The position numbers and the translations under genes are program-made. From Bryobacterales bacterium (GTDB lineage Bacteria > Acidobacteriota > Terriglobia > Bryobacterales > UBA6623), in assembly GCA_963422375.2 (NCBI GenBank), contig OY729427.2, forward strand, positions 544,001 to 608,000: 64,000 nt of DNA, in the 5' to 3' direction. Shown in pieces: positions 1-10,524 of the stretch (positions within the stretch are counted from its first letter, which is position 1; every line of letters starts with the position of its first letter). The notes beneath the pieces are model-generated. The model was not told where the DNA came from, did no database searches, and saw nothing but the letters and a program-made list of their open reading frames with translations.

Positions 1-310
1 AGCCGATCGCGAGCGTCCGTGCAGGCGGCCGGTACGAATGGGATTGCTGCGGCCCGACCGAGCAGCATCGCGCGAATCTGCTTGCTCGCACCGACATTGG
101 ACGCGCCGAGCGAGCGGCGGTTCCAGTTGCCGCGCCAAGCCGGGCAACTGCAGTCTCGCGCATCCTGCGGGGACAAGGGCTCGGTGGCGGATGGGACGCC
201 TTTCGCCGGTCGGGCTGCAAGTCCTCCGACCCGAGACGGCGAGATAGCACTCATGCCGAAGAGCCGTTTGTTGCGCGGTCCCACGCGGCGGGAGCCGGCA
301 TCCGGCTCGT

Positions 311-319
311 TGGTACAAT
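311..319 (+). promoter_or_regulatory. Putative extended -10 element (TGGTACAAT)
   Basis: TGnTAcAAT about 32 nt upstream of ATG 352. Confidence 0.45.
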
Positions 320-351
320 CCGGCAAGTTCCTTGATGCTAGGGAGCCCCCG

Positions 352-3156
352 ATGCTCGCTCGAATGGCCCGTGCCCTCCCCGTCCTACTGTCCGCAGCGT
401 TACTCCCGCTCGCGTTGCAAGTTCAAGCAGAGACCGTTTCCATCCGCGTGCGCCTTGGCATGCATGACACGGCCGAGACGGCTTGGGACGGATCGGCGTC
501 CGTTACGGGCGGCAAGCTGCTGCTCGCCCGCGATTGGCACCCGCGCCCCGAGAACGAAGTAGACCCCTCGGGATCGTGGAAGCTGTCGACGCGCAAGGGA
601 GTCAACTACAACTGGCGGGCCTACGAGAACCTGCCGGACGGCGAGGTCCAGCTGTACTACTGGACAACCGGAGTCGTACTCGACATCGAGTCCGCTCCCG
701 CCGCCGCCGTGCGGATCAGGACGGCCCAAGGGGATTTCGGATTTCCGCTCAGCGACGCCCGGCTCGGAAGGCCGATGGAGTTCCTTGGCGGCAGGGTGGC
801 AGTAGACCGCGTCCCGACTGTCGAGAAGCTTTCGACCGAAGATTACCAGGACGACTTCGCCACCATGCTGGGCGGAACGGACGGAGACGCCAGGGCGGCC
901 TGGGTGGCGTTTCGCGACGGAGCCAGCGCAATCCTGACCCGAGCGTACGACGGCGAGTCCTGGGGCGCGGCCGAGACGGTGACCGAGGCTCCCGGCGACA
1001 TTCACATGGTCGAGATGGGCCGGGCCGGGGACGGCTCGATCTGGTTCGTCTGGGCCGCTCAGGCCGACGGCAACTTCGACATTTACGGGCGCTCCCTGCG
1101 CGAGGGCAGCTGGTCCGCGACGGAGAGGCTGACCGAGGCGCCGCAGCCGGACGTGCTCCCGGGCATCGTCGCGGCGAGCGACGGAAGTCTCTGGCTGGTG
1201 TGGCAGGGCTTCCGGGGCGGGCAGTCCGACATCCTCGCCAAGCGCTACGTCGACGGAGCATGGACAGTGGAGCAGCAGGTGTCGACTTCAGGAGCCAACG
1301 ACTGGGAGCCGGCCGTGGCGGCCGGCCTCAACGGCGAAGTGCATATCGCTTGGGACAGCTACGACTCCGGGAATTACGACGTAATGCTGCGCACTTGGGA
1401 CGGCGAGCGCTGGGCGGCCGCGGCCACGGCCATCGCGGACACCCCCCTCTATGAGGCGCACGTCGCGCTGGCGGTCGACCCCCAGAACCGCCTATGGGCG
1501 GCTTGGAACGAGAGCGGGCTGAACTGGGGCAAGGACACGGGCTTCCTGCTGCCGGTCGAGGGCACGCTGCTCTACGCGTACCGCTTCGTGCGCGTGGCGG
1601 TGCTCGACGGGAACACCTGGAAGGAACCGGCCGCGGACATCAACGCGGCGATGCCGACGCACATCGACCGCACCCACAACGACTTCCCCCAGCTGGCGGT
1701 CGATCCAGAGGGACGGGTCTGGGTATTCGGGCGGCATCGGACGATCCGCCAGCGAGACATGCCCAACGAGACCCCGCTGCACCGGGCCGCTTGGGAAATC
1801 TGGGCTTCGACGCTGGACGGCGGGAGCTGGACCGAGCCCTACGAGATACCGTTCAGCGCGGGGCGGCAGGACGTGCGCTGGGGCGTCGCGTCGGACGGGT
1901 CGGGCCATCTGGTGGCGACCTGGGCCTCGGACGGTCGCGACTTCTACGAATTCCTCTACGAGCATGCCGACGTGTACGCGGCCAAGCTGCCCGCGCTCGG
2001 CCGGTCCACGAAACCGCCGCAACTGCGCGTGCGGCCGGAGCGCCGGGTGCAGTATCACGACGTAGCACCGACCGAGCGCGAGGATCTCCGGCGCCTGCGC
2101 GCCTACGAGATCCAATCGGAAGGCCGAACCTACAAGATCTACCGCGGCGACACTCACCGCCACACCGAATTCTCGATGGACGGCAACAACGACGGCTCGC
2201 TATTCCAGGCCTACCGCTACGCGCTCGACGCGGCCAGCCTAGACTACATGCTGGTCAGCGAGCACAATTTTCAAGGCGGACCGGACAACGAGTACATCAA
2301 CTGGCTGCTGCAGCAGGCGGTTGACGTGTTTTCGGTTTCCGGCACGTTCCAGCCGTTCTACGGATACGAACGCTCGGTGCGCTATCCGGACGGTCACCGC
2401 AACATCCTCCTGCCGAAGCGCGGGACTCCCACGCTGCCGATCCTGCCCGAAGAGTCGAACCACGCCATGGGCGCGGAGCGCCTGTACGCGTATCTCAAGG
2501 GGAACGGCGGCATCGCCATCTCGCACACGCCCGCCACAGGGATGGGCACGGACTGGCGCGACAACGATCCGGAAGTGGAGCCGCTGGTTGAGATATTCCA
2601 GGGCGACCGCGTATCGGCGGAGTACGAGGGTGCGCCGCTGGCGGCGCACCGGGAGCGCCCGACGACCCAAGCGGGGGGCTTCCAGCCGGCCGGCTTCGTC
2701 TGGAACGCGTGGGCCAAGGGCTACAAGCTCGGCGTCCAAGTTGCCTCGGACCACTTGTCGACGCACTACTCTTACGCCTGCACGATCGCCGAGGACTTCA
2801 CGCGCGAGGGCCTGCTCGACGCGATGAAGCAGCGGCACAGCTACGGAGCGACGGATAACATCGTCCTAGACTACCGCTTGGTGGCGGGCAGCAAGGAGCA
2901 CCTTCAAGGCGACATCGTGAAGGTGGACGGTCCGTTCCGCTTGGCGGTCAAGGTTCTCGGCACGACGACGATCCGCCAGATCGACATCATCAAGAACCAG
3001 GAGTTCGTGTACACGAGCCAGAAGCTGCCGCAGGACGTCGAATTCAGCTTCGAAGATCCCGCTAAGACAGCCGGCGAGGACTACTACTACGTGCGGGTGG
3101 AGCAGAATGACGGCAATGTCGCATGGTCGTCGCCAATTTGGGTGACATCCGACTAG
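352..3156 (+). CDS. Secreted PHP-fold metallohydrolase (DUF3604/CehA-McbA-like) with N-terminal beta-propeller-like repeats
   Basis: ATG at 352 after GGGAG; signal peptide (LPVLLSAALLPLALQVQA); PHP motifs GDTHRHT, SEH, HRN, SHT, SDH; C-terminal YYYVRVEQ..AWSSPIWV. The ORF-track extension to 19 is not protein-like. Confidence 0.8.
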   Translation: MLARMARALPVLLSAALLPLALQVQAETVSIRVRLGMHDTAETAWDGSASVTGGKLLLARDWHPRPENEVDPSGSWKLSTRKGVNYNWRAYENLPDGEVQLYYWTTGVVLDIESAPAAAVRIRTAQGDFGFPLSDARLGRPMEFLGGRVAVDRVPTVEKLSTEDYQDDFATMLGGTDGDARAAWVAFRDGASAILTRAYDGESWGAAETVTEAPGDIHMVEMGRAGDGSIWFVWAAQADGNFDIYGRSLREGSWSATERLTEAPQPDVLPGIVAASDGSLWLVWQGFRGGQSDILAKRYVDGAWTVEQQVSTSGANDWEPAVAAGLNGEVHIAWDSYDSGNYDVMLRTWDGERWAAAATAIADTPLYEAHVALAVDPQNRLWAAWNESGLNWGKDTGFLLPVEGTLLYAYRFVRVAVLDGNTWKEPAADINAAMPTHIDRTHNDFPQLAVDPEGRVWVFGRHRTIRQRDMPNETPLHRAAWEIWASTLDGGSWTEPYEIPFSAGRQDVRWGVASDGSGHLVATWASDGRDFYEFLYEHADVYAAKLPALGRSTKPPQLRVRPERRVQYHDVAPTEREDLRRLRAYEIQSEGRTYKIYRGDTHRHTEFSMDGNNDGSLFQAYRYALDAASLDYMLVSEHNFQGGPDNEYINWLLQQAVDVFSVSGTFQPFYGYERSVRYPDGHRNILLPKRGTPTLPILPEESNHAMGAERLYAYLKGNGGIAISHTPATGMGTDWRDNDPEVEPLVEIFQGDRVSAEYEGAPLAAHRERPTTQAGGFQPAGFVWNAWAKGYKLGVQVASDHLSTHYSYACTIAEDFTREGLLDAMKQRHSYGATDNIVLDYRLVAGSKEHLQGDIVKVDGPFRLAVKVLGTTTIRQIDIIKNQEFVYTSQKLPQDVEFSFEDPAKTAGEDYYYVRVEQNDGNVAWSSPIWVTSD

Positions 3157-3422
3157 CGAGCCTGCGCCTCGGAGTGGGGACCTACGCGGCACTCCATGGC
3201 TGCGGCAACCGCAGCACGGAACGTCAACGCTGCCATCGCAGAGCCCATCACGCCGGCGCGAGCAGGAGTTCACCGGCACTACTTCAGCGTGGGTCGGGCC
3301 CGGCTGGAGACCGGGACATGCCGTTCTCGTGAGGGCGCGGCGAGCGATGCACCGAGCCAGAATCCCTGATTCACAGGGTGATACCGGAATCGGCGAATCC
3401 CCGACAGTCTCGTCGATCCTGG

Positions 3423-3460
3423 CGCGGGCTCGAGGCGGGGACAAGCGACTCGAGCCCGCG
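3423..3460. repeat. 12-bp perfect inverted repeat (hairpin)
   Basis: CGCGGGCTCGAG (3423-3434) and CTCGAGCCCGCG (3449-3460), 14-nt loop, in a 930-bp intergenic region. Confidence 0.6.
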
Positions 3461-4087
3461 TCTTGGCCATCAGGGAGCCGCGGCCGGGCCAAGAGGCCGA
3501 GTCGGAACCGCTAGAGGGGTATCAGGCACGCGAACGTCGTCGAAACTAGCAGCTGCTGATCCGCGTGGGGCCCGCTTGCAGCCCTTGCGCCGCTCCCGGG
3601 CGGTCGGCCGCGCCCTACCCGCGACATCGCAGACGACTACGGAATGTCGGAGGATTCGGCGATCGCAATCAGCACCTCGCAACGTGCCCGTCGTGCGGCA
3701 CTACACCGACCCGCCGCCAACGGGCCGCATCCGACAGCGCCTACAATGGTAAGGGAATCGAGATGCGCGGGCGCTGCTGCATGGGTCGCCGGGGCCAGGT
3801 GGCGGACTGCGGCACTATCCTAAGAGCAACACTGCCACGTGGTTCTCGTCCGTGGTTCACTGCCTGCCCCGCAGACCACTCGCGCTCGCCGCGATTCCCT
3901 TTCAGCCGCACTCGTGTCGGGACGTGGGCGATAGTGCGCGACAGTTTCTCGCTCCAGCTGAGCTGGGGAGCAAGGATTCGCGGAGCTTCCCGACCAGCCG
4001 CGGATGATCACTTGACAGCGCGCCGACGCCCAGATCGACCGGTTCCGCTCGCCATGAGCTAGGCTGGCCCGCGCCGAAGTTGCGAAC

Positions 4088-6844
4088 ATGCAATTCCGTC
4101 GAGAGGAGGCCAGCAGCTGGCGGGACGACGTGCCCGGAGCCCGGTGGTTCAAGGCCGACCTTCACATTCACACCATTGACGACCTTCCGGGAGGCAGGGC
4201 GAAAGTTCCGGCCGAACTGTCAGTGAGCCCCCGCAGCGAGAGCGGAATCAAGCGGTACGCCCGACTTTTCCTGCAGCGCTTAGTCGCTCAGGGAGTCACG
4301 GTGGCCGGTCTGACACCTCATTCCCCGAAGCTGGACGAGACACCCGATAGCAGTGTGGTCTGGGCTATCGTCAATGCATGGAACGCTGCGACGGACGCCG
4401 ACGGCGTCCCGTTCCGAGACAAGATTTACGCGGTATTCCCCGGCTTCGAACCGTCGCTTAGCGACGGTTCGACTGGACTTCATCTCCTCTTCCTGTTCGA
4501 TCCCGAGATCGGTCGCGAGCGGTACTTGAGGGCATTCGACCTAGTTATGGGAGGCGTGTCGCCTTGGCGCGACAAATCATTGAAGATTTCCAACCGAAGC
4601 GCCCGAAAAGCATTCAGTTCGTTGCGAGAGTTCAAAGCGCGTGAGCAATCCGGCTACGAGACGAGCGAGTGGGACTACGCTGTAGTCGCTCGTCATGTCA
4701 ATTCGCCAAAGGGCTTGCTCAGGGCCCAGAAATCACAGATTCTCGAGCTCTTTGAACACAAGGAAGTGTGCGCCTTCGAGCTCGGCGATAATCAACAACC
4801 GAAACGTCAAATCGACGCACGCCCTTGGTTGCTCGCAGGAATGCAAAAGCATCGCCAAGCGTTCATCCATAGCAGTGACGCGTATTCTCTAGACGAGATC
4901 GGAGTGCGCTTCACTTGGGTCAAGCTGGCTTGCCCGCGTATCGAAGCGCTACGCCAGGCCTTCGTCGCTAGCGATTCCCGCTTGCGCATTCCACCCAACT
5001 GGGACACGAAGTGCGCAACAGATCCCGCCGTAGATCCCTCGCTCCACCGTCATCCTTGGCTCAAGCAAGCAGTCATCCGCAACAGAGCTTCGTTCTTCAG
5101 CGCCCCAAGGAACGCCGCCGAAGAGACGCGGTTCCAATTCAGCCCCGACCTGACATGCGTGATCGGGGGCAGCATGACGGGCAAGAGCACTTTGCTGGAT
5201 GGTCTGAGAACACATTGCGGTGCCTCCCCGCCGACCGACCCAACTATCTCGCGGCATGTTTCGGATAGGGGACACTCCCGTTTCGGGGCAAGGTCTCCGG
5301 ATATCGACCTCGACATTCAGGGTGGCCTGCCCGCAGCGCCCGTTGACGAGCGGTGGCCTGCGCAATTCTTCAGCCAGAACGAGCTCCAGGCTCTGTCGCA
5401 GAACGCGATCGCGATCAACGGAATTCTCGGCAGTTTGGTTCCCAAAGAGGCGGAGATTATCGAGAAGATAGAGGTCGAAATGAGCGATCTGGACGACGAA
5501 CTAGGCGGGTTGGCAACGAGAGTGGACAAGCTCGAAAAGGACCTCGCTGTCGCGGAACAGGCCTGCCGAAAAGCAGCCCAAGCAACCGAGTCGCTTGCCC
5601 AGTATTCCGCAGCTGGAGTCGAGGACCTTCATCAAGCGGCCAAGTATCTTCGACGCTGGACTGACACGAATCAGAGCGCCCATTCGATTCGGGCGGCATT
5701 AACCGAGACGAGAGATGACCTGCGTGGGCTCGACATTCCAAGGCCCGCCTCAAATGGATCGGAAGAGCTGGCAGAGCAAGATGCCATCTCCACTGAATCC
5801 TCTGTTGCGCTGCTACGGGCACGGGTCGTGAAAAGACTCGATTCGATCGAGCGTGAGATTCTCGAATGGCTCGATCTCATCGACGAGGTGATTCGATCTC
5901 TGTCGGCCCATCAGGAGAATCTGCGTGCCACAGTGGAACAGCGCCTTGCAGAAAGCGGGCTTACCGCGGCGTCAATCATGGTAACCCGTGAGCTCGGCAA
6001 GCAGGCGTCGCTCCTCGCCAACTATTCCGCAGTCCTCAAGCAGACTCGGCGTGCAGCAACGGAGCACGGTAACAGATTCTTGCGGTTGCTGGAGCGTCGT
6101 TCGGCGCTTGTCAACGACCATCGAGAGGCATTCCGGCGGGTCACAGCGGGAATCGAGGGACGATTTGCTGGGATCATTCGCGTGCGTCGCGTGGACCACG
6201 GCATGTCCGAGTTACTCGAGCGTTTCTTGACGGGCTTGCGGTCCAGGGGAGTCACGAGATGGTGGAACCTACTAGCGGTCGACGAAAGGCCATCGCCCGA
6301 GAAACTCGTCCAATGCCTCGTGGACGGATGCCTTGATCGTGTCGGGATGACCGCGACGGTGCAAGAGAGCTTCCGAGATGCGCTGACAAAGTCGAAAAGG
6401 CGCGAGCTGAAGACTATCAGGTGCCCTGATAGGTATGTTGTCGAGTTGCAGATGGATTCCGGCAACTACCGTTCGCTAGACGAGCTCTCTGGAGGGCAGA
6501 GGGTCGGTGTGCTGCTGTCCCTTCTGTTGCAAACCGTCGATGACCGTCCGCTGGTGATTGATCAGCCGGAGGACGAGCTCGACAACCGCTTCTTGTCTGA
6601 TACGATTCTTCCCGCGCTCAAGCGCCTCAAGGGGCGGCGCCAAGTAATCGTTGCAACTCACAACGCCAACATTGTGGTGAACGGCGACGCCGACATGGTG
6701 ATCGAGCTCGAGGCAACCGCCGACCGAGGCTGGGTGTCGACCTCGGGCACGATCGAGGATCCGGCTGTACGGAACGCGATCGTCCGGACGGTCGATGGCG
6801 GTGCGGATGCGTTTCGCCTGCGACAGAGGAAATACGGATTCTAA
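4088..6844 (+). CDS. PHP domain plus coiled-coil ABC/SMC-type ATPase (TrlF/Ppl-like, putative antiphage protein)
   Basis: N-terminal GARWFKADLHIHT; Walker A GGSMTGKS; coiled coil; signature LSGGQR; Walker B/D-loop PLVIDQPEDELD; H-loop VATHN. Visibly lower GC than host genes. Confidence 0.85.
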   Translation: MQFRREEASSWRDDVPGARWFKADLHIHTIDDLPGGRAKVPAELSVSPRSESGIKRYARLFLQRLVAQGVTVAGLTPHSPKLDETPDSSVVWAIVNAWNAATDADGVPFRDKIYAVFPGFEPSLSDGSTGLHLLFLFDPEIGRERYLRAFDLVMGGVSPWRDKSLKISNRSARKAFSSLREFKAREQSGYETSEWDYAVVARHVNSPKGLLRAQKSQILELFEHKEVCAFELGDNQQPKRQIDARPWLLAGMQKHRQAFIHSSDAYSLDEIGVRFTWVKLACPRIEALRQAFVASDSRLRIPPNWDTKCATDPAVDPSLHRHPWLKQAVIRNRASFFSAPRNAAEETRFQFSPDLTCVIGGSMTGKSTLLDGLRTHCGASPPTDPTISRHVSDRGHSRFGARSPDIDLDIQGGLPAAPVDERWPAQFFSQNELQALSQNAIAINGILGSLVPKEAEIIEKIEVEMSDLDDELGGLATRVDKLEKDLAVAEQACRKAAQATESLAQYSAAGVEDLHQAAKYLRRWTDTNQSAHSIRAALTETRDDLRGLDIPRPASNGSEELAEQDAISTESSVALLRARVVKRLDSIEREILEWLDLIDEVIRSLSAHQENLRATVEQRLAESGLTAASIMVTRELGKQASLLANYSAVLKQTRRAATEHGNRFLRLLERRSALVNDHREAFRRVTAGIEGRFAGIIRVRRVDHGMSELLERFLTGLRSRGVTRWWNLLAVDERPSPEKLVQCLVDGCLDRVGMTATVQESFRDALTKSKRRELKTIRCPDRYVVELQMDSGNYRSLDELSGGQRVGVLLSLLLQTVDDRPLVIDQPEDELDNRFLSDTILPALKRLKGRRQVIVATHNANIVVNGDADMVIELEATADRGWVSTSGTIEDPAVRNAIVRTVDGGADAFRLRQRKYGF

Positions 6845-6853
6845 GGCAAGGGC

Positions 6854-8056
6854 ATGGAATGGATCAAAATCCTGCACAGAATTCGCGAGGGTGAGGGCGA
6901 CCGAACCGAGTTCAAGCGCGGCCTTGGCAGGGACCTCAGCAGTGTCGGCAAGGCGATTTGCGCATTCGCGAATTCCGATGGCGGTGTGCTGATTCTAGGC
7001 ATCTCCGACTCCGGGGAGATTATTGGAGTCACCGAGAACTCCGAGCGCGTCCAAGAACGGCTAACATCGTTTCTGCAGTCCGGACTCAGCGCTCCGGTTC
7101 CTGCGCGGTGCGGTCGGCACGATGCACAGGGAGGTTGGGTACATTGGATCGATGTCCGTCGCGAGCGCGGTTTGGAGCCGCTCCGCCACAACGGGAAGGT
7201 GTGGGTCCGCCGGGCGCGGAGTTCCGTGGAACCGAGCCCTAGCGAGCTTCAGGAACTATACAACGCCTTCGGCTTCGTTCTCACCGAGAATCAGGTGATT
7301 CGCAGAGCCGGTCCCGACGCTATCGACATCGATCTCTTTCGCTCCTTCCAGCGAGACCGGGGGATTGACATTGATTCACCCCCGCAAGTTGCATTGGAAT
7401 CGGACCTGCTGAATCAACAGGTGCTGTCGGACGATGACGGTCAACTATGCCCCACGCTCTACGGCCTGCTGCTATTCGGACGGGACCCTCAGGGCCATCC
7501 GCACACAACCAACTTTTTCGTGAGATGCGCCTGCTACCGAGGAGACGACCAGGCTTCAAGCGTGCTCAGCGTCGCCGACGCAAGGGCGACCGTGGTCGAT
7601 CAAGTGAGGCGGTCAGTTGGCTGGTTTCGGAGCCTCGGAGGTAGCGAGCGCTACCCAAGCCCGTTTCGGGAAGATCGACCGCTGCTGCCGGAACGCGCTC
7701 TCCGCGAGGCGATCGTCAATGCCGTAATCCACAGGGACTACGCCGTTACCGGCTCGACAGTGCTACTCGAGGTGTTCCGGCAGCGAGTCGTGATCACTAG
7801 TCCGGGAGTCTTGCCGAACCACATGACGGTCGAACGAGCGAGGGGAGGCGGCGGTCCGCGGTCTCGGAATGAACTCGTGGCAAACGCAATGGTAGTTCGG
7901 CGATTGATGGAGCAGCGAGGTCGAGGATGGCCGCTCATGCGACGCGCTATGTTCGAATTCAACGGTACGGAGCCGGAGCTGGAGAACGACACCGACAATC
8001 GGCTGGTGCGGGTGACGTTCCGACTGGGGAAGGAGGCCGAGACGAGCGCCCCTTGA
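6854..8056 (+). CDS. AlbA_2/Schlafen-domain protein with HATPase_c_4-like C-terminus
   Basis: EGEGDRTEFKR and ICAFANSDGGVLILGISD (AlbA_2); ALREAIVNAVIHRDY, ITSPG, SRNELVA, MEQRGRG (HATPase_c_4-like). Starts 9 bp after the upstream stop. Confidence 0.88.
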   Translation: MEWIKILHRIREGEGDRTEFKRGLGRDLSSVGKAICAFANSDGGVLILGISDSGEIIGVTENSERVQERLTSFLQSGLSAPVPARCGRHDAQGGWVHWIDVRRERGLEPLRHNGKVWVRRARSSVEPSPSELQELYNAFGFVLTENQVIRRAGPDAIDIDLFRSFQRDRGIDIDSPPQVALESDLLNQQVLSDDDGQLCPTLYGLLLFGRDPQGHPHTTNFFVRCACYRGDDQASSVLSVADARATVVDQVRRSVGWFRSLGGSERYPSPFREDRPLLPERALREAIVNAVIHRDYAVTGSTVLLEVFRQRVVITSPGVLPNHMTVERARGGGGPRSRNELVANAMVVRRLMEQRGRGWPLMRRAMFEFNGTEPELENDTDNRLVRVTFRLGKEAETSAP

Positions 8057-8853
8057 TCGGGGTGGGAAGCCCGCGCGGCGGTCTCCGAAGTCTCTGGCCG
8101 TGGCGACACAGTAGATTCCCTTTCGATACTCGCTCGCATCACGAGGGTCTCGGTCAGCGGCAGCGGATGGCACCAACGGTACGGGCGGGTCGCGACCAAG
8201 GGCGGCAGGCTGGCTCCCAGCGCGTGTCAACCCCGTTCCCGGACGTCCTCGCCCTCGGGCCGCACGAGGAATCGCTCGGCGCCGGCCGATCCAAGTCTCA
8301 CGCGACGCGCACTGGAACACGCTCGGTCCGCCAGCCCGCCACCGCCACGCGGCGGGGCCCGCTGACTGCGGGAGGCCCGGGTAGAGTCCAGCGGCCATGG
8401 GCAGTCAAGCCCCAGACGCTTCTCGGGCTGCTCGATGCGCGGGATGCCCTCCTCTAAGCGAGACTCCAAGGCTTCCCGGGCGGGAATCACACAGATTGCA
8501 GAACTGACTGCCCCGGATATGGCTATACACGTTTCCCGCGAAGGTGATCATGTCACCGCCGAGCTGCGGACACGGTGTCCCTTGACAATCGGACAGCGCT
8601 TTCTCTCGATGATTCGCCAAAGGCGAGCCCCCAAGGCAAGACGAATCGGACGGGCGGCCTAGCCCGGATAATTCATGAGCAGCCCGGAGGGCCATAGTCC
8701 GGTCCCTCCGCCCGGGCCGTGAGGGCCCCGGTCCAGCGCGATCCTCACTCCTACGAGTGCCCTGCGATCCCCGGCGGCAGCCCCGGCCCGGTCCGATTGA
8801 GATCCAAGTTTATATATTGAAGTGGTTTTCATCCGGTAGTTTATAATGAATAC

Positions 8854-10368
8854 ATGGTCGCATCCGCAGGCTCCCAAGGCGTTCTGTTCCGCAATCCGCG
8901 CCGTCGCCGTCCGCTTCGATCACGAGCGCAGCAGCTCCGACGGCGGCGCTGTCCCGGTCGAGGCCGCCGACCGCGCTCCCGGCCTCACCGCGGCCTTCGC
9001 CGGCTGCCTGCGCGACCGGCGCCAGCCCTCCGAGGTGCTCCACTCCCTCGCGGACATGCTCCGCCAGCGCATCCACGGCCTCGCCTGCGGCTAGGAGGAC
9101 TGCAACGACGCCGGGCGCCTCGGCGGCGACCCCGTGTTCAAGCTGCCGCTCGGGCGCGACCCCTGGCAGGGCCGCGACCTGCCGTCCCGGCCCACCCTGT
9201 CGCGCTTCGAGAACGCCGTCACCGCGGACGCGCCGAGCGCGCTGTCCGCGGTTCTCGCCCGCTGCGTCGTCCGGCGCCGGCACGAGCGGCGCCCCGAGAC
9301 CAGGATCGTCGAGCTGGACTTCGACCCGACCTGCGAGCCGACGCACGAGGGCCGGCAGCTGGCGCTGTTCAACGGCTTCTGCGACACGCATTGCTACTTG
9401 CCTTGCTACTTGCCGCTGGTGGGCGTGGTGCGCTTCGACGACGAGCGCGAGCGGCATCTCGTGGCGGCGCTGCTGCGCTCGGGCACGGCCGCCGCCGCGG
9501 AGGGCTTGCTGCCGCTGCTGGAGCGCTTGCTGCCGCTGCTGCGGGAATTCTTCCCGCGGGCGACGCTGCGCCTGCGCCTGGACGCGGGCTTCCAAGGGGA
9601 CGAGCTGCCGGCCTATGGCGAGCGCGAGGGCCTGGAGTACGTGGCGTGCCGCAGAAGAACGCGGTGCCGGAGCGGCGCGCGGCCCCGTTGCGGGCGGCCG
9701 TCGAGGCCCGGCGCGCGCGCGGCGGCACCCCGGGCACGGACCCCGGCGGGGCCGCGGCGGCCGCGGGGGACCCGCCGTCCCGGCTGGAGCAGTTGCGGGC
9801 GAAGTACGCGCGGCTGGGAGCCGGCACGCAAGGGGGCCGGCCGGTCGCGGAGGACGCGTGCAGCGGCCCGGGCCCGCTGCACGGGCAGTTCGTCTACCGG
9901 GCGGGCCGCCGGTCGCGGGCGCGGCGGGTGATCGTCAAGGCGGACGTGAGCGAGTTTCCCGGGCGCGCCCCGAAGTGGAACCCGCGCTACGCGGTGACCA
10001 ACGCGGGCGGCAGCCCGCAGCGCCTCTACGAGCGGATCCACTGCCTGCGCGGAGACGTGGAGAACCGCGTCAAGGAGCTCAAGCAAGGGATGCGGATGGA
10101 CCGCGCCAACTGCTCGAGCTTCGCGGCGAACCGGTTCCGCGTGCCGCTCGCGGCGGCGGCCTGCGCGATCATGCAGGAACTGCGCTGGCAGGCACGGGAC
10201 ACGCCGCTGCGGAAGCGCCGGGTGGACGGGTTGCGCCTCGGCCTGCTGAAGCCGGGGGCGCGGGTCGCGGCCACGGCGCAGCGGATCGTGCCGCACGTGC
10301 CGCGGACGGCACCGTTCCGGGACGCCTGGGTGGTGGTGGCGCGGGGCTTGGGGGCCGTGCCGAGATGA
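8854..10368 (+). pseudogene. IS1380-family DDE transposase pseudogene
   Basis: Motifs SSDGG, RQRIHGLACG*EDCND, PTLSRFEN, LDFDPT, LRLDAGF, RGDVENRVKELK. TAG at 9092-9094, frameshifts near 8900 and 9650, and a 12-bp duplication (CYLPCYLP). Confidence 0.92.
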
Positions 10369-10524
10369 CGCCGGGCCGGGTCAATCCGGAGAGTGTCGGC
10401 AGGCGCCGGGCGTCGCCGGGGGAAACCGTGCCTGCCCTCCGGGCGGGTGCTGCCGAGGAGGTGTCCGCGGCTCGCCCGCCGCTCGCGAGACGCCCCGCAA
10501 GCCCCGCCCGCAGGCGTTTCGGAA

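Noticed and set aside
3157..4087. Gene in the 930-bp gap before the PHP-ATPase
   Set aside because: The short ORFs lack motifs and host-like composition; at best a decayed remnant.
1..7300. Apparent abundance of CTAG
   Set aside because: A rough count does not exceed the expectation from base composition; at most it is less depleted than usual.
9092..9094. In-frame TAG in the IS1380 transposase as pyrrolysine or readthrough
   Set aside because: Copy 2 has TAC (Tyr) here and the gene has other lesions; it is a nonsense mutation.
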